From: Patellaria atrata CBS 101060
Lineage: Eukaryota
DNA: 64,000 nt
Direction: 5' to 3'
Assembly (NCBI GenBank): GCA_010093705.1
Contig: MU006090.1
Coordinates: 1,701,817 to 1,765,816, forward strand
Of the stretch, positions 1 through 12,542 are shown one piece after another (the first letter of the stretch is position 1; each line of letters starts with the position of its first letter). The translations under genes were made by a program, and so were the position numbers. The notes under the pieces are model-generated. The model saw only the letters and a program-made list of their open reading frames with translations. It was not told where the DNA came from and made no database searches.

Positions 1-2275
1 ATCACCGTTTACAGGGCTATTAAGGCCGTTGCTACTTGGGACGCCGAAGTTCATGAAGTCATCTGAGCGTGTAGCGGTAGCATTGGAGGAGGATAGCTCT
101 TGGAGCTTGCGGGTTTGTTCTTGTTCAATTTTAGAGGAGAGGGATTTGATGAGCTTCATGTAGGATTGGAATTGTTGAAGGTTCAGGAGGGGACCAAGGC
201 TGAAGGCCCAGATGATGGGCAGAGCTTCCATTGCTAGGAAGTCAGAGTCTGCCACTTTCCCTACTTGGGTAAAGACATCTAACGCTGCCATCTGTACGTC
301 CCGTTAATACTATTCCCTCAATTGAAGACTTAGACATTTTCGTACCATTACAGCGGGTTCCTTCGTCTTGATACCTTTCAAGAGAGGTACTACTTTCTCT
401 TGAACAGTATACTTATCCAAAATAGCACTGCTCGATGGTTTCGGTTTCGGTTTGCCTGCTACTACGCCGTCTAGACCGTCACCTTGAGGTGTCGCAGTCC
501 CGTTAGTTCCGCCACACAGAACATTAAGCGCTTCCAGTCCTCGAATCTTGATTCCCATGCTACTTGTCTTCGCGAAGACAGTTGCTATGACGGGGAATAG
601 CTCGTTTTTGATGGTGGAAAAATCAAGGACGGGTAAAACATCCGCCAATGTCTTTAACGCCGCATCAATGAGAGAATGAGTTGGGGACTCGAGCGCTAAA
701 TTTATCAAGGGCAGTATATCTATCGTAAGTTAGTACCGTCTCAGAGTGTTAGGTCATAGCTACATACCATCCTTGAACTCCTTGCCCGAAGAGTTCTCCG
801 CAATGACACCCATATTCTCCAGAAGTACCATCAGTCCAGCCTCTTTCAGATTTTCTTTTTCCGCTGTTTTGTCCTTTGCAGATCCAGCGCCAAGGAAGAT
901 CTCCCGCAGACGTGGAATTACCTTCTCGGAAAAGGCGCGTTTGCTTGATGGTAGGACATTAATAATCTTCAAGACGTTCTGTAGCACTAGAGACAAAAGC
1001 TCCCGATCCTTCATCTCTTCTAATAGAGCAGGGAGGACTTTCTTTTCTAAGACAGACTTGGGGAATTGGTTTAGAATGCGGGGCAGACCGCGCATGAATT
1101 GAGACTTTTCATTCGGCGTCTTCGCTGGCAAGGAGTCGAGAAACCGGATAGAAGACACTAGTATGTTGTCAAAGTAATCCGCCTGCTGGAATTCACGAGC
1201 ATTCATTCTCTGGGCAGGTCTTCTTGTGATTAAGCGAGGTAGCAATCCAGTAACGAGAGCTCTGGGTAACGGTTGAGCTGATAGGAAGTTATTGTGCTGA
1301 CTTGGGACATTTGAAGACGATGAGAAAAGACGTTTATACGTCGATGGGCTCCCATTGGATTCCAAGGGACTCTTATGGGGCGAGTTATAGAGTGCAATTA
1401 TGAGAAGACCAAGGGAGAACATATCGGCAGCAGAACTTATATTGGTATCCATAACGAAATCAGGAGACGTGTAGTCAAGGTTCAGTTGTACACTTCGAGG
1501 CAGTCTCGGATCGTGGTTGAGCACTTCAGATAGGGAAATTGGGATAACAGATGTGGGCGTAGTTGAGTTGTCCGGCGGGCTGGCAAATCCAAGTCCAGAT
1601 ATTTTCCAATCAGACTATCACATCAGTCATCAGCGAAGGCACATTAGGAAAAAAAGGTGAAATAAGCCCTACTTTTGCATTGACAAATATAGCATCAGGA
1701 GTGAGATTCGCATGTACAAGCCCTGCGCTCTCGTGTAGAAACTCAAGTCCTTTCCCTATCTGTAATAAACCCTTCTGTATTTCCAACTCATCAATCTCGA
1801 GCTCTCTTCGTTTTCTATTACCATCTGCTTCTTCTATCACATATCGACTCCGTCGTCCGCCCACTCCCCCCGCCTTCTCCTGGTCATCTTTCTCCTGGAG
1901 CACGACAGCTAGCGATGCTGTCACAGGTTCTGTAGCAAATTGTAGCCCTCCACTTCGCGTTTCCTCGACTGGTTCTACTAACTCAAGTATACTCGGATGG
2001 CGTAGGCGCGCAAGGGAGCTTGCCTCCTTCTTGAGCCTTTCTAACACCTCCTCATGTAACTTTCTCAGCGATGCGGCATTACTACGACCTCCTAATCCTC
2101 CACCTTGGGGTTCAAGGGATTTCTTATCAAAGATAAAGACGGATGCAGCTTTTCCAGTGGACTTCTTCTTTGCGTCGAATATTTTCCAAGGCCCAGAATA
2201 CGAACTTGGCTGGGCAGATAACGTGTAGTTAGAGGAGATATTGGAGCTGAAGGACTTTAGGGCGGAGGAGAACAT
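1..2275 (-). CDS. SCY1: SCY1-like (SCYL2/Ppk32-type) pseudokinase with HEAT repeats; 3' end runs off the window
   Basis: N-terminus MFSSALKSFSSNISSNY; kinase-like motifs LARLRHPSIL, GLEFLH..VHANL, SDWKISG, LDYTSPD. Exons 2275-1673, 1614-768, 719-346, 291-<1, joined in frame by GT-AG introns 1615-1672, 720-767, 292-345. Confidence 0.9.
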
Positions 2276-2621
2276 GACAGGCGCAAGGACGTGTATGACG
2301 CTGAGGGCATTGAGTTACAGTATTCCAGATTTTGGATGCAGGCGTGCTATCGGCGATTACCGACCGTCTTTGGCTAAATGGATGAGAGCGTTAAAATCCT
2401 GCTAAATACGAGCTTCCACTATTGTTCAGACTAGTCACGATAGATACAGTAAATGAGTAGGAATTGGTTCACACCGAGAGAAAGCTCCTTGGTGTCAACA
2501 AAGGGACAGCTATTTCGAGACCAGATTGAAAGTATGTCAAAGCTGATTTCATATCGTATCTCTTGGCAGATCTGGGAGATCTATCGCTAGGGTCACAGGG
2601 GTCTGAGCGGTTGGCGAGAAG

Positions 2622-2674
2622 CCGAGAACGGATCCTCGGTAGAGGCAGGAAGAGCCTGCCCCTTCCGACTTCGG
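2622..2674. promoter_or_regulatory. Two CCG-N4-CGG sites (Leu3/LeuB-type Zn2Cys6 consensus) upstream of the BCAA aminotransferase
   Basis: CCGAGAACGG at 2622-2631 and CCGACTTCGG at 2665-2674, about 180-235 nt upstream of the ATG at 2857. Leu3/LeuB is the established regulator of branched-chain amino-acid genes. Confidence 0.55.
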
Positions 2675-2856
2675 CCACGACTCACGATACCAATGTCTGC
2701 GCGCCCTTTGCTGATGACGGGCCTAAATCCTAAGTCCTGAAGCAATCTCTCGTCACACGGCTATAGCCGGTATTTTCAATCTTGGATATATTTTATCTAC
2801 CTACTCTCTCCCTTCCGTAAATATTTCATTCAATCTAGACTCATAATATCCTCACA

Positions 2857-4249
2857 ATGCTGCAACAAAGGTCGAGAAAATTCTTGTGTAGCCTCACTTC
2901 CGCTGTGAGCTCTGTACCCCGGAGCTCATTCTACCAATGCCGAAGAGCTTATAGCCTCCACGCGGACGCTGCAGTCGCAAAACCCAAAGCCCTCGATGCC
3001 ACAAAGCTCTCAATTACAAAGACCACTACTCCCAAGACTCCATTACCATCAGAGGAGCTTGTATTCGGTCGCACATTCACAGGTGGAGCTCCGTTGTGAC
3101 GACTTACATTGGCGTTTACTTACCCTAAATCTCAGATCATATGCTGTCAGTGGAATGGACAGCTTCAGAAGGATGGCTAGACCCTCAAATCAATCCTTAT
3201 CAGAACCTGAGCTTAGATCCGGCGACCTGCGTCTTCCATTACGGATTCGAGTGCTTCGAGGGGATGAAAGCATACAAAGATAAACAAGGCAATATCAGAT
3301 TGTTCAGGCCGGAGATGAATATGACGAGATTGAATAAATCCTCCGCGCGTATTGCGTTGCCTACTTTTGATAGTGCTGCATTCATTGAGCTCATTGCAAA
3401 GTTCTGCAAACTAGAAGAGCGATTCATTCCATCGTAAGACTGAATATTCCTAACTGACATCTGGGCATTGCTTACTGGGGTCTACAGTACCAAGGGATAC
3501 TCTCTATATCTTCGTCCAACAATGATCGGCACACAAAGAACATTAGGTGTTGGCCCTCCAGGCTCAGCACTACTGTTCATGATCGCCTCACCCGTCGGAC
3601 CATACTATCCTACTGGTTTCAAGGCAGTATCATTGGAAGCAACGACTTACGCTGTGCGAGCATGGCCGGGTGGTGTCGGAGACAAGAAGATTGGTGCAAA
3701 CTACGCTCCAGCAATCCTTCCTCAATTGCAAGCTGCAAGCAGAGGCTTCCACCAGAACCTATGGTTATTTGGAGAAGAGGAATATGTTACCGAGGTCGGC
3801 ACAATGAACTTATTCGCTGCCATTATCAATAAGGAGACTGGACAAAAGGAATTGCTCACCGCTCCTCTGGACGGCACCATCTTAGAAGGTGTTACACGTG
3901 ACTCTGTACTTGGTCTCGCTCGGGAAAGACTTGTCCCGGAAGGCTGGCATATCACTGAGCGCAAATTTACCATGAAAGAACTTGCGGATGCTGCAGAAGA
4001 GGGACGTATGCTTGAGGTCTTTGGCTCCGGTACCGCAGCTATCGTCAGTCCCGTTAGGAAGATTAGCTGGAGAGGTAGAATGGTCGAGTGTGGTTTACCA
4101 GAGGATAAGGAAGCTGGGCCCGTTGCTCAGAGAATGAAGGATTGGATTGAAGGGATTATGTACGGGGAGGAGGAGCATCAATGGAGGTAAGTTTGTCCTA
4201 CAGCCCTCGTGTAAAATTAATACTAACAAACTGTAGTCACAAAATATAA
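2857..4249 (+). CDS. BAT1: Branched-chain amino-acid aminotransferase (class IV PLP), probable mitochondrial presequence
   Basis: Motifs [37 protein letters not shown] (PLP lysine), EVGTMN, ILEGVTR, FGSGTAA. Exons 2857-3082, 3136-3433, 3488-4186, 4237-4249. Arg/Ser-rich N-terminus. Confidence 0.95.
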
Positions 4250-4731
4250 GTCTGTGAATACAATGACTTTTTGGATACTGATTTGTTAGGAGACGATTTC
4301 ACTAGCATTCGAGGCATAAAAACTATCTAAGCGTGGTTTGAATGGCCTTAGTTGTACAGTCTAGTCGAGTTTGGCGTACCTTATAATATTTATCGATGGC
4401 TTTACTACTGAATTTCTTCCATCGCCTTGGCGGACGCTGCTCGGCTGTTATACGCTTGAGGTACGAACAATGCCGTACCTTTCACTATGATCCATGTCGA
4501 GATTTCAAGAACTGCCTCACTCAGAGTAGAGGCCTTCGTAAGCGTGCACGTAGAGGCAGCTATGAACACACGACCTGTACAAAGGTAAGGACTACTACCG
4601 TATTCAGCATTCTAAGTCTATCAAGTATTCATCCTCTCCCATCTAAACTTGAGCAGATTCAGCTCCTAGCTATGAGAAACCGCACGGACTTGAGTAGGCG
4701 AAGAACAGGGCTGTCCTTGATCATCAATCCT

Positions 4732-6354
4732 CTACCCCCATACCTCCCCATAAACATCCCCCCGCGCCCTCAACGGCACCTCCCTCCGCACCCTCTCAAC
4801 AACCCCCAAATCGATCTCCGCAACCGCGATCTCCGGCCCTCGTAACCCCTCTCCTTCCCTCAACTCCTTTCCCCCATCCACATCCACCCCATCTAACTCC
4901 GCAACAACTCTCCCCCACGGATCGATAATCATGCTCTTCCCGTAGGAAACCCGTTTCTCGTTGTGCCGTCCCACTTGCGCGGCGGCGATGACGTAGGTTT
5001 GGGTTTCGATGGCGCGGGCGCGGAGGAGGGGGGTCCAGTGCGCGTGCCCGGTTGGGAGGGTGAAGGCGGAGGGGTAGGTGAGGAGGTGCGCGGGGTGGTG
5101 GGGGTGGGTGCGGAGGGCGGTGGAGATGGTGGGAAAGCGGAGCTGGGGTGTTAGTGCGGTAGAGGGGGGTTGAGTGGGGGTGGGGATGATGGGGGAAGTG
5201 ATGGGGGGAAGTGACATGAGGAGTGATATGAGAAGTGATGGGGAAAATACTGTGGACAAACGATGTAGGTAAAGATGTGGGCAATAATATGAGCAACGAT
5301 ATAAGAAGCATATAAGGGATTGAGGAGACTTACATCAAAACAGATCATAAGACCGACGTTACCGAAGACTGTGGGGAAAGGAGGAAGGATGGAGGGACCT
5401 GGTTCGACGGAGCTAGAATTGGGTGTTAACAGTATTCGGGTAGGAAATACGGCATACGATACCTTACTTGCTCTCTTTGAGCACAGGACCGCCTTCGATC
5501 TCGACGTCGAAGAGATGGAGTTTCTGATATCTCTGTGCTATTTCCCCTTTCTCATCGATCCAGAGCAAGGTGTTCTTCACCTTCTGGCCTCCCTGCGCGG
5601 GTTCATGGACCCCGACGTTGATGCAGAGGTTTGCTTTCTGTGCTTCTTCCTGGAGACCTAGGACGAATTCGCTTTCTTTGACATCTTTGGCTAGAGAGAT
5701 GGTTTCTGGGCCTGAGGAGGCTATGTAATCGCTTGCTTCGGGGAGAAAGAGAGCCTGGTTTCCGAAAGACATAAGCCGGCCGCTTTATACCTTTTGGAAG
5801 GTTGGGACGGACTGACTTTGACACCCATTGAGACCGCTTTTTGCACGAGGAGGCGGCATTGTTGGAGATTGTGGGACATGCTTGCTGTTGAACATATTTG
5901 ACCTACGGCCTACCAACGGGCAAATAATAGTTAATTGAATGCTTAATGATAGACTAGAGTAGACTTTAGGTATTAGGTAAGGAATTCAAGCAGCCTCAAG
6001 ATACTGTAAGGATTTTGATGACTGTTAAACAATATATTGCATAAACCAGATTGTTGACAGGGAGTATAATTAGAATGGAAGACATAGTATAGGCGTAAGA
6101 TGATTTTCTTATCATGAGGAGAGACTTTACTATGAGCGATAAGGGTTAAGATGAAAACACTATAGCTAAAGTATTGTTTTAATCTAAGAGAGCGAGTTGC
6201 AGTGGAGTGGCTTAAAGTAATAGTCTTAGAACTAAGGTAAGTGCTAATAATAGTATGAAAACTAGGGAAAACTAGAAGACAAATAGGGAATAAGAGAGTA
6301 TTCAAACTACCATGACAAGAAGACATGAGGACTTTAACTTACTGCAAGTACCAT
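4732..6354 (-). CDS. NIT2: Nitrilase-superfamily amidase, Nit1/Nit2 (deaminated-glutathione amidase) type
   Basis: MVLA|AVGQICST start; catalytic E (FLPEASD), K (YQKLHLFD) and C (ICFD|LRFP); YPSAFT..TG.AHW..LLRARAIETQ. Exons 6354-6343, 5909-5817, 5754-5468, 5412-5334, 5142-4732. Confidence 0.9.
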
Positions 6355-6688
6355 TTTCGCAGGTGACACTGATCAGTGGTTCCAGAGTAGGATGGTACGG
6401 ATGTTGTTATCAGGACAACGGAGAGAATTACAAGAACCGGATGATGTGCATGAGAGTATGAGCAGCTAATAATTATTTATTTCTGGTCAAGGATGATATA
6501 ATGGATTAGCCTATTAATTATCAGTCCGATGATTACCTTAGATACTTTAGGCGAAAATGGTTTAGCATCCTTCCAACCCGGCCTGTTCTAGTTCCACCTT
6601 ATTGCTCTTCTGTCACTTAAACTTCTACAACATACTTTCTCTCTTCTAATCGCGCTCGTGATCCTTTCTTCAGCTGTCACTTTTCACA

Positions 6689-8486
6689 ATGGCAGCTGCA
6701 ACGGTGGCAGCAGTGCCATCGGCCGTCAAGAAAGAGGATCCTGCTGCTATCGTGGATCTCTCTTCTGACGAAGATGCTGATTCGACATCGCGTGATTCTA
6801 AGCATGCTGACTATCTCAAAACAGACGCGTCAATAAACGATCGCAAAAGCGAAGATTTGGATGAAGATGATACATCTTCTCTAACCGAAGATATTGTCAA
6901 CTTATCAGAGATAGAAGAATTCGAATATGCCAAAACCACAGGTACGTCTTCATCCCTCTGGCTTCACATGTCAATCCTAGTACTGTACCCTGAACTTGTA
7001 CCAATGCGTTACAGGTCCGGATTTGTGCACTGTCGAGGAAGCTCAGGAATTCAGAAGTCGATTGCATGAGATTGGTATTGATCAATTCATTCGTGAGACC
7101 ATCACGAAGAAGGCTATATCCGCGAAGAAGCTGTGCACTGCATTCGGTATTCGTATTCCCGCTGGACTGTTCGACGTCGAGACAGACGAATCGTACTATC
7201 CCTTTTTGGGCCTTGCGATAACAAGGGAATTTGCTCGTCGTCCCCGCCTGGAGCAATATACAAACATTGATCATGCTGCGAATCTGCTCCAAACCGCCAA
7301 AAACATCGTGGTCATCACCGGTGCTGGCGTAAGTGTACTTTGTTGTTGCTTCCACTGTTGACTTATGACTACTTTCGACCGTATATTCGTCCTTGTGAAT
7401 AGCGTCGCCTATTTCAAACCCATATGTTGAAAGTCTACCGACTCACATTGTTTATTCTACTCGCAAAGAATATATGCTTACATGAGTTATAGATTTCCAC
7501 CAGTCTCGGGATTCCAGATTTCCGTTCCAAGAACACTGGTTTCTATGCGAAACTTCAGGATCATGGTTATGAGGATCCACAAGAGGTCTTCGATATTCAT
7601 CACTTTGATGAGGATCCCTCTACCTTTTATAAGTTAGCAGGTGATATCCTTCCGGATATGTGCAAATGGACTCCAACTCATGAATTCATCCACCTTCTCC
7701 AGCAGAAAGATAAATTGCTAACAAATTATACGCAAAATATCGATAACCTAGAAAGCCAAGCAGGGATTCTGTCCGAGAAACTGATTCAATGTCATGGTTC
7801 GTTCGCAACTGCAACATGCCGTAAGTGCGATTACAAAGTCCCGGGTGAAGAGATTTTCAATGATATCCGCCACCAAAAAGTCTCAGAATGCCCCCGTTGC
7901 GTGGAAACGCTTAAGGCGCCCCAGCGCTCAGGAGTATTGAAGCGGAAGCGTAGTTCTAATAGCCATGGAGGTAAAGGAAAGCGTAGAAAGAGCAGTGAAG
8001 AGGATCACGACTCAGATGGGGACTATGATATTCCGCAACCAGGTGTAATGAAGCCAGATATCATATTCTTCGGCGAAGGTCTTCCGAAAGAGTTCTTTAG
8101 CCGCCTGAAAGAGCAGGATACGAAAAAGGTCGACCTTCTGATAGTCATTGGCACGAGTATGCAAGTAGCGCCCGTCTCCGAAATTCCACAGATTATTCCA
8201 AAGGATGTGCCTCAAATTTATATATCCAGAGATGTAAGGATGATTCCTCGTTTACAACCTTTTTTCCCAGTTTACTAATAGTGATCCATAGCCGGTCAAA
8301 CATATCAACTTTGATATTCAACTATTAGGAGACTGTGATGTCGTGGTTGGCGAACTTTGTCGACGAGCGAACTGGGAGCTCAAGCACAAGATGCACCCCC
8401 CAGGTCAGCAAGTTGATATCACGCCATTCAAGAGCAACAGTGGGCATGGAAATGGGTGCTCCTGGACGATCAAGGCTCGCAAATAA
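6689..8486 (+). CDS. SIR2: NAD-dependent sirtuin deacetylase, class I (Sir2/Hst1)
   Basis: [31 protein letters not shown], CxxC..CxxC zinc site, [18 protein letters not shown]. Exons 6689-6941, 7015-7328, 7493-8233, 8292-8486. Confidence 0.93.
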
Positions 8487-8899
8487 TGACCCCTAACGAC
8501 CTATACCCTGTTGAGTTTCGAGCGGTTTGGGATGCACAACATGCATGATTATATTCCTGTGGCGTTAAGTGGAAGACAAGAAGGGTGTTAAGGGAAATTT
8601 AATGAGGGATGTCTACATAAGGGTTCAGCGAGCTTATGGGTGCAACTGATACAGGTTCTGATTGTAAGTGGTGATGTTTGCTCTCACGAGCAATCATCTA
8701 GAGGGCTGGAGCTTAATGCTCTGATAAACATGTATAGCATTAGACTAAAGTATGGTTTCCTCAACTCAAGGCCTTATAATTCCCAAATACGGTAGGGCCT
8801 AGCGGCGTGGTCCGTGCATTAAATATCGCGTCTACATTAAAATTTGGGTCATCGCGCTTGCAACTCATAAGTCATTACCTGACATCTAAGGGAATCAGA

Positions 8900-10210
8900 A
8901 TGTTAGGTATAACGAGTACAGAGAAGAAGTCGAAGTGCCTATTCACCACTTGTACAATACCCCTCAGCATAGACGAAAAACAACCACCAGCTAAGAAGAA
9001 GCCCTTCTCGACAATATTAGCTCATCCATTTTCACATACAGTTCGTGTCCTTATTCAACGCCTTAGGTAAATTCAACTAATTTTGGATGAAGGTAGACCT
9101 GATATTATCAGAAGAAATGTATGATCTGATACATACCCATTTAAACGGCGATAATGTGACACTGCAATACTCGAGGGTGTTTATGTCATTAAGCGACATC
9201 CTATTAGGGGACTTCTTCAACCAGTATATCAAAGAAGGTGCATCCCACAGTCAGGACTGTACTAATGTGGCATCATGTTGAACCTATATAGGGAATGTCT
9301 TGATGGTTTCTGAAGGCCACCCGGGAGTTGATAATACATTTACCCTTTCCAATGGTACTTCCCACATATGTTGGATTGGATTTTGCTACGTGCAAACTAA
9401 CTAGTGCCTAGGTATATTACGACTCGAACTCGACAGGGCAACGTACGAGCGATGTGGGTTAGTTGGTACTCCAATAGAAAGCGGTGCTAGGAAACATACC
9501 AAATCCCGTTATGGTACGGTCAGGTTCTGGGTTTTCGAAACATGCAATTGACTCACATATAGTTATTGAACTAAACCTTCGATTGCCATCCATGCTCCAC
9601 GGCAAGAAAGGGTTCGAAAGAATTGTGTGGGCATGTAAGAATGTTTTGAACCATTCTTTAACTTGGCTCTTCTACGACTTCGACAAAGGGAAGGATGAAA
9701 AGGGTAAGTGAGCTATAAATCATGCTCAGTTTTGCGGAGATCTAACGTATATTAGAATGTCCGATAATGAAACATCATCCCTTTGAAAGGACTGTAAAAG
9801 TGGATTGTTTAAGAATGAAGGGTATTGCAACACCTCCTTTGACAAATCCACATGTACCTGAAGACGAGGTATATGTTGAACAGCTGTACGAGTGGTTAGG
9901 CCTGGTCTCGTTGGATAGCCCTAGAATCTGCATCAATGACGGGATAGATCCTTACCTTAGCCGATATCAGGTGCCAGACTTTCAGGATGACCATGAAGTG
10001 GACGGCAGGACGAACTTAATGTCGAAAGATCTCGTCAGACTGCGTTGGCATGGTCTGATACCTACGGACTTCATCCTAAGTCTATTGCTCCTTACGATGC
10101 AGAGTGTGGATGAGGAGTGGATGGCACTGAATGTCTCTTGCTTTGGGAGCAAATCCTATACCATTCTCGGAACTGGATCTCAAGAAATGATGCTCTGGGA
10201 ATGTCCTTGA
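8900..10210 (+). CDS. RPP40: Ribonuclease P/MRP 40-kDa subunit (Rpp40 family)
   Basis: Six exons in frame (introns about 9041-9092, 9238-9291, 9355-9411, 9514-9562, 9704-9755). Motifs GDFFNQYIK, LRLELDRATYERCGL, LNLRLPSMLHGKKGFERI, EWLGLVSL..IDPYLSRY. Confidence 0.8.
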
Positions 10211-10267
10211 GCGATCTTGCAATGATCTTGCTTTTTAAACTGCTCTAAAATGGAACAATTTTCCCAC

Positions 10268-12542
10268 TTACGAACCCTGCTTTAATGCCCTAAAAGCGGC
10301 TACAGTCTGTACAACTCCCGTAACTAAAGAAAAGAGCGCCAAAAGGACACTCACAATCCCGAACCAAACAACGAGCCAAAATGTCCACCACTGCAGGCTA
10401 TCTCTCTGATCTTTCCACAGTTCCCTCAATCCTCTTGGTTTCTGCTTTTCCAGCACATAACCTAGGTATTTCATTCTCTCACTGAAGTAGGGGTATTTGT
10501 TGTACGTATCTAAGTTATGCTTGTGTCCGTACGCTAAAATGCCTTGCATCATTAAAAGCAAATCCTCGGGGTAGTAGCCTCCCTGCTCGTCTACAGCTAC
10601 GTCAAGAACTTCGCGGATAGGGATCCAACCCTTCTCACTTGCCGCTAGTCGCTTCGCCGCAAAGATTCCTGCGATATGGTGAGGCGCTGGAGCGTCTAAC
10701 CAGGTACGAAGAAGTGAGCGCACGGGCTCTGTGCGGTGGGAAAGCTCGGTTTGATCACGCTCACGCATGGAACTCGGCCGTAGTGGACGACCGCCGACCG
10801 AGTATTTGCCCGCGGCGCGAGCTATTGTCTCCTGCTGTTGCCTGTGTTTTGGTTCGATAGATCCGAAAATGTGCGCGTAAGTTTTGAGCAACTCTGTCAG
10901 CGTGAGTGTTTTTGCTCCACTAAGTCACCGCATTAGCATAGCTACATTCACATACTTTTCAAAAGTGGACTTACCGTGGTTGATGTGCTAGCAGTGTTGG
11001 ACACCAGAATACATAAATAATCCTATCGTCGACCCAGAGGTGCTCAGCTAGATTCGACGTCCACATCACGTTCCAGTCCTTTGAGATTCTCTGTACACTT
11101 TGTAGAGCTAAGCTCGCCGGAGAGAACTCAGCGGCAAGTCTTCGCGGCTCGGGGAGAAGGAATTTCTTCTCATCCTGATCATATATCATCGGTCTTCGAC
11201 CTTTTGGATCTGGGCGTGGTACATAAGTGAAGCCGTGATACTGGTCCCCAAGCTTGACTAATTGCGCCAACGACGGGGGATTGGATATCCCGGGCTCGTC
11301 GTTTACATAGTCCCGATTGAACCTTTCACCAAGCCAAAATAACGACTCGTGACGCAGATTGATTCGCCATTTATATCGTCCCTGGCCATCGAACTTTTCA
11401 GGCACGAGACCGGTTTTCATACATTGATTGGCCAATATGAGTTCGAAGCGGTCGATGACGGTGAAATTCGAAACCCCTCCCTTTTCAAGCTCTGGCACGT
11501 CTTGAGCTCTCTGCATTGCGAGACCCGTCTGAGCGAGGATCTTCAAGCCTTCGTCCCAGCCGAAGTTTTCGACAGTGTCGTGCCAGGGGCTGATGATATC
11601 AGAGGAGCGCCAAGCGTAGGGAGCAATCGTGCTTTCGAGGAATTCGTAGAGCCGTGGTGCATGCATGAGCTCGAATCGATATTGGGTGTCCTGTCCCATG
11701 GTTGGATGCGTTTTCTCGGAGCCGTACAGGCTGCACATCAGCTCAGTCGAATGCTCATCAAGAAGCTCAACGGTGAGAAGGTTGTTCTTATGGCGAGATG
11801 GGGCAGATGCGTTTAGTCCTTGTACAATCGCACTCTGCCAGTCTATTGTCCCCACTATGGCAGGTTTTTGACCCACCGGAAGCTTACTAGCGAAATATTC
11901 TAGAGGAATGAGCAGGGAATTGTACAAAGGTAGTTATTCGGGAGTAAATATACCTTTGTATTCTTTGACACCAGGATACTCCTTCTTCATGAGCGCATCC
12001 ATCTCTTCTCTCGAGAATACATTCTCGCCATAAAAGACGTTTGACATGCTGCTACTGCTCGAGGTTCCTCTAGAGGAGTCATCACTTTCGCTCGTATAAT
12101 CAGGGTACGACTGCCCCGTCCCTCGTCTTTTCATTCTTCTCCCGTGAATATCTGCCTCCCCTTCCTTGAACCCTCGATTCGACATTCGTAAAACTCGGCT
12201 CTTTCCTCGAGGACTTGAATACCATTCATCTTCTTCGTCCGAATCAAACCATCTGCGCCTGCATCCTCTATCAAGACCCCCCTTTCCACTTCCCTGACGC
12301 ATAGACTGGCCCGTCTCAACTCTCCTCAATCCATATTCCAAATCTTGCAAATCATCACTATCCCTGGCGGAAGAGATCAATTTTCTGAGCATTTCATTGC
12401 TATGTGCCATTTGACTGAGCATCTCCCCGTGCCACGTGACCATCTTTTCGAGCAACTGCTCTTGGGTGGGAAGTCGGTGCGGCGATTCAGTCATTTCTGG
12501 TGAGTGGCTGCGATCGTGGCCTGCTCTACTGGAAGTATTCAT
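10268..12542 (-). CDS. Uncharacterised fungal protein with a disordered N-terminus and a C-terminal transmembrane helix
   Basis: Three ORF-track pieces join in frame via introns 11900-11953 (GTATAT..TAG) and 10920-10974 (GTAAGT..GCTAAT..TAG). Motifs WTSNLAEHL and LWKDQRDSLQWWTFW precede a hydrophobic helix. Confidence 0.75.

Noticed and set aside
1563..2228. 221-aa + ORF opposite SCY1 exon 1 (also 746-1102)
   Set aside because: Antisense shadow of a conserved gene; Ser-rich with no recognisable motif.
5973..6326. 117-aa ORF inside the NIT2 first intron
   Set aside because: Low-information AT-rich translation with no motif; lies wholly within a well-defined intron.
7404..7450. Hairpin (GTCG..TTTCAA/TTGAAA..CGAC) followed by ACA in the 164-nt SIR2 intron, resembling the 3' half of an H/ACA snoRNA
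   Set aside because: No ANANNA H-box or convincing 5' hairpin, and I could not assign an rRNA target; needs snoGPS/Infernal.
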